Assembly: GCA_021432655.1 (NCBI GenBank)
Contig: MU271401.1
Location: forward strand, 53,295-73,294
Origin: Atractiella rhizophila
Lineage: Eukaryota
Length of the DNA: 20,000 nt
Direction of reading: 5' to 3'
Shown: positions 10,788-18,193 of the stretch, one piece after another
Position numbering within the stretch: the stretch's first letter is position 1
How the letters are laid out: each line of letters opens with the position of its first letter
Made by a program: the position numbers and the translations under genes
The notes under the pieces: generated by a model
Told to the model about the DNA's origin: nothing
Seen by the model: the letters and a program-made list of their open reading frames with translations, nothing else
The model's database searches: none

Positions 10788-11217
10788 TTTATAGAAGGTG
10801 GGAGAACTGGATAAATCATCAATTTCCAAGGATTTATGAGATACGAAGAGGCCGTAGGGTGTATATGGTCAGAGTGGGGTGCTGCTAAGCTTTAGGACAC
10901 TCTGAATGGACAGGCCAACCAACATACCACCCGACTCCCCGTTACAAGAGAACACTCACCGATTACCCTTGTTCTGAGGGCCAATACGGTAAGTTAAGAA
11001 GGCTCAGCAAAGCGTTGCTGGAGGCTGGATTGGTCGTTTACGACTAGCCGAGTGATGGTGCCACGAAGATGAAGAACGTAACCTTCTTACGACCGACATG
11101 TAAGGAGTCTCAACCCCGCGGCTCCTAGCGATAAAACAAGTGCCCTGAAGGGCGATTTTGAGGCGGCCAAGTGGATTTGACGAAGTCGTGTCAGTTGGTG
11201 AATTATTTCGAGAACTA

Positions 11218-14200
11218 CAAGTGTGTCAGTGCCCTTGTCCCTCGGGCATTCCCCCCCGCCAGGGGCTTCGCCGCTTGGACCCCAGCCTCCGGTGGCCATT
11301 GCGAGGAGCTCTTGCCTCTGGCAGCCACTGCGTGGGGCCTCGCCTTCGGCGAGATCAGAGTTACACTTGTCCTGCAATTGTCAAGTGTGAAGAGTATTGT
11401 CAGTCTATTTGCATACATTCTTGTAGATTCAAAACTTCTCTATATACTACATTCTCAGTTTTCTTATTATCAGTCCCTTCCACTTGATGTAAATAAACTC
11501 TAAGATTCTTCACATTTGAAGCTCTTGACAGTCCGACATAAAGTTGTCCATGAGCAAACACAGGGGTGTCCAAGTATAGTCCGATGGTCTCAACTGACCC
11601 TGTGACTTGTTGATAGTGAGGCAGAATGCTAACTTGATTGGGAATTGAAACCGGCGTAGGACAAAGGGAAATGAATTGGAGACTTTGCTATCCAAAGCGA
11701 TGTGTGGAATGAGAACTGAGTTGCCTGCAAATGCACCTGTGACAATTGTCGCCTGGATGACGCGAGAGAGTAGCTGGGCGACGATCACAAACATGTACCA
11801 TTACAGAGCCCAGCAGAAGGGTTGAGGTTTCAAATGAGGATGATAGGGGCTCCGACTTTGAGATGCAAGCGATGAAGAGGAAGGCCTGTAACATTGAGAG
11901 TATTAAGGTACTCGACCATAAAGCCTTGCTGAACATTCTCATTGTCATCCATCAAATGATCAGCACTGAGATAAATTTGTTCCTGTCGGGAGATAAATCT
12001 TTGGATAAGCTGATCGTTTATCAGGTCAACATCAACGTTTCGAGCAGTGAGGACCATGCACTCTTGGAAGTATTGCCTCAGTTGATCACGATATAGGTCT
12101 TCAGTTATGGTGTTAAGCCTAGGATAGATGTCATTTAAGAGACCTTCCAGGCCACGTGATTGTGGGATTATGGTTCCATCCTTCATCAACCACAGTCATC
12201 TGGGTTGTCAGTTGCACCATTTCCAACTGACAGCAACCAATTAGCAAAGTCAGAAGCGATAGCAAAGTCATCAGCTGCCATATCAGCCTGGTGATGGAGA
12301 AGCCACATGTTGACCGTGAGAGGAAGGATCGTAACTGCTGGCCAAAACGGACTGTTGATGACACATGCATCAACAATCTGTGCACGTGAAGCCTTGGGAA
12401 TGACAGAGAGGCACTGTCACATGTCACCTAATCTAATTATCAGAGGTGAACTCTTTGAATTATCCCACTTACCACCTAGAACAAAAATTACTCCGCCAAA
12501 AGGCACATCTACTTTACGTATATCTCTTAGCATCCGATCGACTGCCTCAAAGCACCAACGATGGCTCATACCCACTTCATCCCATATTATCAATTCTGCC
12601 TCATGGCAAAGTCATCCATGATCACTCTGAGCCTTAACACCACAGATTGAATCTGCTTCGAGGTCCAATGGTATTCGAAAGCGTGTGTGGGCAGTTCGTC
12701 CCCCATCTAACAGGATAGCAGCAATGCCTGAGGAGGCCACAGCGAGTGCAATCTTCTAACTTTGGCAAGTAGTAAGTTTTCAACAAAAGTCTTTCCTGTC
12801 CCTCCTGGCCCATCAATGAAGAACAGACCTCCACTTCCGTCTTCCCAAGCTGCTATGGTGGTGTCATAAACATGACATTGATCCTGATTGAGCAACAGCA
12901 CCTTCCTGTTGAGACGCTCTTGAAGTTGCCGACGATCACATGCCAGCTCTTCACCAATTATTCTTGTCTCACCCCCCACCTTTCTAACCTCTCTGTCGGT
13001 TGGGGTAGTCCAAAATCTGAAAGAGACTTTGTGTGAGCCTGTAAGAGATCTTCAATCTCAAGGAGACAAAGACTGATGATTTGTTCTTCATGTGGATTGG
13101 CTATACCGTACTTTGTCTGCAGTAAGCGTTTGCAATCATCGCTAAGTCGTTGATGATGGTTGTCCCATAACCTTCTTGGTTCACTTGTGACACCAAAAAG
13201 AAGGATATAGACAAAAAGAGACCGCATAGCGTGACCATTCTTGACTGAGCTGGCTTCCTCAAGGCAAAAGTCCCATTCTTCATCGCTTTCTAAAAGTCCC
13301 AGTGCCACACATGTGGCCTTAAATGTTTCATAAACCCTTCCCTCCACAGTCTGAACATTCTCAAAAAACTTTGGGCTGGCTACCTTGTGTAAGAGAAGTC
13401 GGAGGTAGAAAAGCTCTCCTTGTGATGGTGTAACATAGTAGATCCTTCCAATAGCTTCTCCTCTCTGCCTGATTTTCCATGAGCGTGTGTTTGATTTCCA
13501 AGTAAGGTATTGAGGTGCTTTTGGATATGTCAAGTCCTCAGTAATGTCGGGGTGTTCCATACAGAAGTCAAAAAATTGGGTTAGTGTGGTCTTGCTAATG
13601 TTTGGCCTGGAAAGGATATCACTGAGAGACTCTTCCTCTGGATTGAACGTGATAGACTGTTGATTGGGGAGGTGGATGGCTAATCGCTTGACTGTTGGAA
13701 AATGGTGATGCAACTGAAAGCGGAAGATACGGTAACAGGCTAAGATATATGTCAGACAATCTAAAATATGGTCTCAAAACTGCTTACCTTCAGAAGATCC
13801 AATGAATCTAGCATCGAGATACTCTTGGATCTCATCCACCTCTTAAGCAACATTGCCCCTTGTATCACGAATAATAGCTTGGGCTCGATCCATGACCTTT
13901 ATATACGTATTTGAAGAGATATTTCACAGATTTGATAGAGATGCACAGTTCGACTTTTATATAGCCATAAAGCGTCGAAGAACGTATGGGTTGAATGGTA
14001 CAACCCAACGATTATCGTAGATAAATCCATTTGGTGTTTTCTGAAACATACGTCCATTGTCACGATGTCGATAAGTTGGATATCCATCGTGATTGATGCC
14101 TGTCTCTGCTGCAAATGGTTTGGGGTACCCCTTGCTACAGATCTTTCTGCCTGGCCTTTTAGGATCCTCTACCATGCAGGGACTATCTGGATTAATGTCT

Positions 14201-15984
14201 CCACATGGTCCATGAAGCATATGCTGACACACAATATCGAAAAGCTCGAGGTCAGTATCTTTGTCTGGTAGTTCGGCGGCTACAACACGGTCGATAGATT
14301 CAGCATCCCTAATGGTATCTTGTGGATGAAGAATAATGACAATATGAGCATGAGGTAGACCACGTTTCTGAAACTCAATTACCCAAACGAATCCGACTGT
14401 CCTCCTGAAGATTGCGTTCTCTTTGATCTCCCGCATATAGGCTTTAACCTTTACACTGAAGACCCTAGAGACCAAATCTGGTCTGTCTGTAGCGGTTTGT
14501 CCAGGCAGTAAAGCTTCAGTGATTTCTGGCCATTGAGGATTGCAGGTAAATGTTGTAAAGATAGTAGGAGACCTCAGTTTCCAACAATCGCCATTGCATC
14601 CTGAAACTGTTGATTCATCTGCCGAGGACTGCCACTGTGCGATGAGGGCAGAATAGTTCGCCTGCCAACATTTACAGGGTCTCGTCTATCCTCCAAGGCA
14701 TCGCCAAGCCCAGCATAAGACTCTGTTCGGAGCAATCCTTGATTAAATCAAAGGAAGTTCAATTGTCCACTTTCAATTTGTGCATATGCATCACAAACAA
14801 ATTCCTGAAAGAGACGGCCGCCATGATGACTGAGAGAGAAGGTGTCCTTTTTTAGATGGAGAAGGTAAGAGTAGTAGTTCATTTGAGTAACATGATCCTG
14901 TTCTCCCATGTTTCCAACAATTTGTCCATCATCGTTTCGATATTCCTCCCGTGGTCCCGGTCGAAGCAAATCTTTGTCCCGAAGGGGAATATAGGCATGC
15001 CATCCTTGCTCACCGTAAGGAAACAAAAGTTGAAAACGCAGTGGAAGGTAGTTGGCATTCTGATCACTGACTTCGCCGTAATAGTGCTGACCATCAGGAC
15101 GCCTAAGTTTGACTATAATGTCTCTCGTAACCCCTGCTGAGGCTCCTGATTCCCCTCCAATGAGTAGAACCGCTATTTCTCCTATCCCATGGCCTGTTGG
15201 CTTATTGTATCGCCGAGGGTCCTTGTCTTTGCGATTAATAGTCCGAAGGTGTAGTTGTAGTATGGGAGCGTCTTGCATTCGCTCCTTCATAATTTGATCG
15301 ATATATGGCCAGGGATTCTCGCGCCAGATCATCTCTTGAAGTCTTCTTAATATATTCTCCTTTAACTTACTCCCCCCAACAACTCCTAACCTCTGCTGGA
15401 TCTCTTCTGATGGATCGAGCATGTAGATCTGTGCAAATTTCTCCTCACCATCAGAGTCTGGTAGCAGTGCCCCAATTCGATGACAAAGCTCTCCTTGGAT
15501 CCGGAAAGAATAAACTCCATGACCTGGAATAGGAGGTCGCTTGACACCAAGGGAAGTAAAGGAAAGAGCGTTGTTATAGGAACGTATATTCTTGCGGAAC
15601 TGTTTCGATTCTGGTGTTTCAGGATTAAGAAGCTGGAGTAGTTCTGGAGGAGGGTCGTCATAAGCTGGCAGGACCACCTTTCCATGGAGACAGCAATAAG
15701 AAAATTCTGGTCTTCTTTTGGAGCTTGGAGCTATCTGATGTCCTTTCCTCTAGCCAACGAAATGCACCACAGTGTGAGCAGAAGACAGTGTTCCAGCCGG
15801 AGAGTTTCAAGGCTTCAACAGTATGCAGAGAATAGTTGAATGCAGCAAAAGGATGACGGTCTAGCCTCTCATCCCATAGTGGAACATATCTTGCATTATG
15901 TAGGTCATTTTCTTCAAGGTCTTCATCAGATGAGTCTGCATTGCTGCCTAATGGTTCTGGGTCTAGCTGGCGACGCTGGCGGTG
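11218..15984 (-). mobile_element. Helitron (rolling-circle DNA transposon), degenerate and 5'-interrupted
   Basis: Rep/helicase coding remnant 15984->11400 plus a GC-rich hairpin cluster at 11230-11390 and a candidate 3' terminus at ~11215-11221 followed by T. Element identity is secure; the boundaries are inferred. Confidence 0.9.
11400..15984 (-). pseudogene. Helitron RepHel (HUH-Y2 replication initiator + PIF1-family SF1B helicase) pseudogene
   Basis: In order on the - strand: CSHCGAFRWLEE...CCLHGKVVLP, FRKNIRSYNNALSFTSLG, GRLFQEF, FTCNPQWPEI, VIEFQKRGLPHAHI (HUH), MLHGPCG, CSKGYPK, KYLFKYVYKG (Y2), GELFYLRLLL, FIDGPGGTGKTF (Walker A), IIWDE (Walker B), PFGG..VLGGD, RRFQFPIKLAFCLTINKSQGQ, VFAHGQLYVGLSR, TENVVYREVL, stop at 11400-11402. 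Several frameshifts and in-frame stops (e.g. TGA at 14748-14750 and 12417-12419). Confidence 0.93.
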
Positions 15985-16760
15985 TGTCAGGCTTGCCCCT
16001 ACGCATTACCGAAATGCACCATCTGAAGTCACGTGACCCACTTTACCATGCCATAGGACCACGCGCCTGCCCATCGCCGCTTTGCTCACGTTCTCGCTGA
16101 TCGCCGCCTTCCCCTGTCTCACACGAATCGCCGCTCAGCAAACCTTATACATTTCGCCGGTCTGCACCGTCTCCATTATTGCTTTATTGTCCTTTCTCAC
16201 TTGTACTGCTCAGTATGTCTTATTTCCGAGTTTTCCTTTTATTGCTTTCTATTAACGTTTTAAGCTAGCAAACACAAAACCTGCAGCCTGGAGTCAACGC
16301 GTTAAAGCAAGCGTAAGACCCTCCAAACGCGTAAAACAACCAACTTCGAACTATACTCCAGAACAAGCTCAAAAAACTTAACGAAAAAGTCAAACACTCC
16401 ACATCTCAAACTTTGTAGGAAAGATTCACAACCTACGCAAGAAGCGAGCAGCCGCCAAGCGCGCAAAGGTATAGAGGGGTTTAGAGGCTGTAAAAAATGC
16501 AAACCAAAGTTTTAAAATTCCTCTCTCATAAGAAGACAATCCCGATTGTGATACACGCCAGCGGCTATCCGCTACGCAGACATCACCTCCATTTGGATTC
16601 CCTTATTATACCGTACTCTTCTGATTGGATATCACCTCCATTTGGATTCTCTTATGAGACTCCAGTGGTGGTGATGTAGAGCTACATATATATGTATACA
16701 TTTTCGTGACGGTATTTGACATAGTATTCAAAGAACTTTGTACATTCTATCGATCTAGTC
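15985..16760 (+). repeat. Putative 5' LTR of the downstream Ty3/Gypsy element (3' end probably inside the assembly gap)
   Basis: Begins TGTCAG exactly where the Helitron frame stops making sense. Non-coding, contains GTCACGTGAC (16028-16037), repeated ATCGCCGC, internal direct repeats and a TATATA-containing palindrome (16683-16696), and lies upstream of gag. The second LTR, terminal CA and PBS are not visible, so this is unconfirmed. Confidence 0.55.
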
Positions 16761-17144
16761 NNNNNNNNNNNNNNNNNNNNNNNNNNNNNNNNNNNNNNNN
16801 NNNNNNNNNNNNNNNNNNNNNNNNNNNNNNNNNNNNNNNNNNNNNNNNNNNNNNNNNNNNNNNNNNNNNNNNNNNNNNNNNNNNNNNNNNNNNNNNNNNN
16901 NNNNNNNNNNNNNNNNNNNNNNNNNNNNNNNNNNNNNNNNNNNNNNNNNNNNNNNNNNNNNNNNNNNNNNNNNNNNNNNNNNNNNNNNNNNNNNNNNNNN
17001 NNNNNNNNNNNNNNNNNNNNNNNNNNNNNNNNNNNNNNNNNNNNNNNNNNNNNNNNNNNNNNNNNNNNNNNNNNNNNNNNNNNNNNNNNNNNNNNNNNNN
17101 NNNNNNNNNNNNNNNNNNNNNNNNNNNNNNNNNNNNNNNNNNNN
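16761..17144. other. Assembly gap (384 N)
   Basis: Run of N characters; contiguity and spacing of the two flanks are not guaranteed. Confidence 1.
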
Positions 17145-17146
17145 CT

Positions 17147-18121
17147 ATATCCCAGACTGCCCAAGTAGCACCGTATGCAGGTATCAAGCTCGCTCCACCT
17201 TCAATCTTCAAAGGAGCTCCTAACACAGCTCCGACATTTTTACGCGAAATTTACGTCTACACCTCTACCGTTCCAGGCCAATTCCCGACTGAAAAATCGA
17301 AAATCCTATTTACCCTTTCTTACATGAAAGAAGGAGATGCGGAAAAATTCGCCGCTGGGATTTTGCGCCGACTTGTCGAAAATGAGGAACAAATTGCGTG
17401 GGAAAAATTTTTGTCGGAGTTCAAAGCGCGTTTCTGCAAGACAGACCACAAGCTCATTGCACAGACAAAAATATCTTCCCTCCAGCAAAAGGGGAACCTA
17501 GAAACCTACATCATCAAGTTCGAAGAATTGGCAAATCAAGCTGACTTTGATGATGAAGCCCTTACCTTTTTCTTCAAACGAGGACTCAATCCTACCCTAC
17601 ATCTCAAAGTAACCCAAGGGGAGTTCCCAAAATCGCTGGAAGACTGGAAAGAAAAATCTCGGCGAATTGATGCGGAAGAATCTGCACATTCAACCTTCTT
17701 TCGAAACATCCCATCGGCGAAAGACGGACCACAAAATACGTTTTCTGCAAAAAGAGACAACTCAAAATCCTCAAAGCACAGAGAGAACAGAACGTCCATA
17801 TCGTATCGACCGAACGCCGCCTTGTCACCGGTCGCCGACCCGTCACCCAACGCCGCCCCACACGCTCATAGGGCCAAAGACCCCGATGACATGGAAGTCG
17901 ACGCGACAAAGTCTAGACCTCCCCGTTGCAGACGATGCCAAAAGATAGGACACCGGGAAAGGGAGTGTAGAACGATTATGAACAAGGAGCAATATCTTCG
18001 GGCCCAGGGAGAATATTTTGATTCGAAAATGATGCACCAAGAACGACAATTTGGACAATTCGCCGATCAGTCGCCGAAAACGAGTGTTACCCAATCGAAA
18101 GATCTTGAGGAGGATTTTTAG
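17147..18121 (+). CDS. gag: Retrotransposon Gag (5' end lost in gap)
   Basis: KLAPPSIFKG, KILFTLSYMKEGDA, WEKFLSEFKARF, LQQKGNLETYIIKFEELA, FFFKRGLNP (Retrotrans_gag-like), PDDMEVDA, CX2CX4HX4C zinc knuckle CRRCQKIGHREREC; ends EDF-TAG. Confidence 0.92.
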   Translation: MSQTAQVAPYAGIKLAPPSIFKGAPNTAPTFLREIYVYTSTVPGQFPTEKSKILFTLSYMKEGDAEKFAAGILRRLVENEEQIAWEKFLSEFKARFCKTDHKLIAQTKISSLQQKGNLETYIIKFEELANQADFDDEALTFFFKRGLNPTLHLKVTQGEFPKSLEDWKEKSRRIDAEESAHSTFFRNIPSAKDGPQNTFSAKRDNSKSSKHRENRTSISYRPNAALSPVADPSPNAAPHAHRAKDPDDMEVDATKSRPPRCRRCQKIGHRERECRTIMNKEQYLRAQGEYFDSKMMHQERQFGQFADQSPKTSVTQSKDLEEDF

Positions 18122-18193
18122 GACGGCGGTGGGTGGAAGAAGTGTCCCCATCGCCGACTTGCAATTCATTTACGTCATCTAAAATCACTTCCA
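18112..18193 (+). promoter_or_regulatory. Programmed -1 ribosomal frameshift signal (G_GAU_UUU slip site + stem-loop/possible pseudoknot)
   Basis: Heptamer GGATTTT at 18112-18118 directly before the gag stop; 5-nt spacer; 10-bp stem CGGCGGTGGG (18124-18133) / CCCATCGCCG (18147-18156, one G-U pair); pol is in the -1 frame. Confidence 0.8.

Noticed and set aside
10807..10959. Possible 5' UTR intron of the GT32 gene on the minus strand (GTGAGT at 10959 to CAG at ~10808)
   Set aside because: Several competing donors, weak branch placement and no coding constraint to test it; cannot be supported without transcripts.
11044..11128. CTAG tetramers at 11044-11047 and 11125-11128 as canonical Helitron 3' ends
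   Set aside because: The first has the flanking T but no good hairpin on the element side; the second has a small hairpin but is followed by G, not T. The 11215-11221 site was preferred, though none is proven.
16073..16160. Repeat-spacer pattern resembling a mini CRISPR array
   Set aside because: Repeats only 8 bp, eukaryotic context, no cas genes; kept as a regulatory-array finding instead.
16038..16256. Hydrophobic ~70-codon open frame in the putative LTR (…RLPIAALLTFSLIAAF…SIIALLSFLTC…)
   Set aside because: No in-frame ATG; hydrophobicity follows from the T/C-rich composition and the ATCGCCGC repeats.
16682..17226. ORFs spanning the N run, including the 16706 start of the 471-aa gag ORF
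   Set aside because: Artefacts of translating through Ns; the true gag start is not visible.
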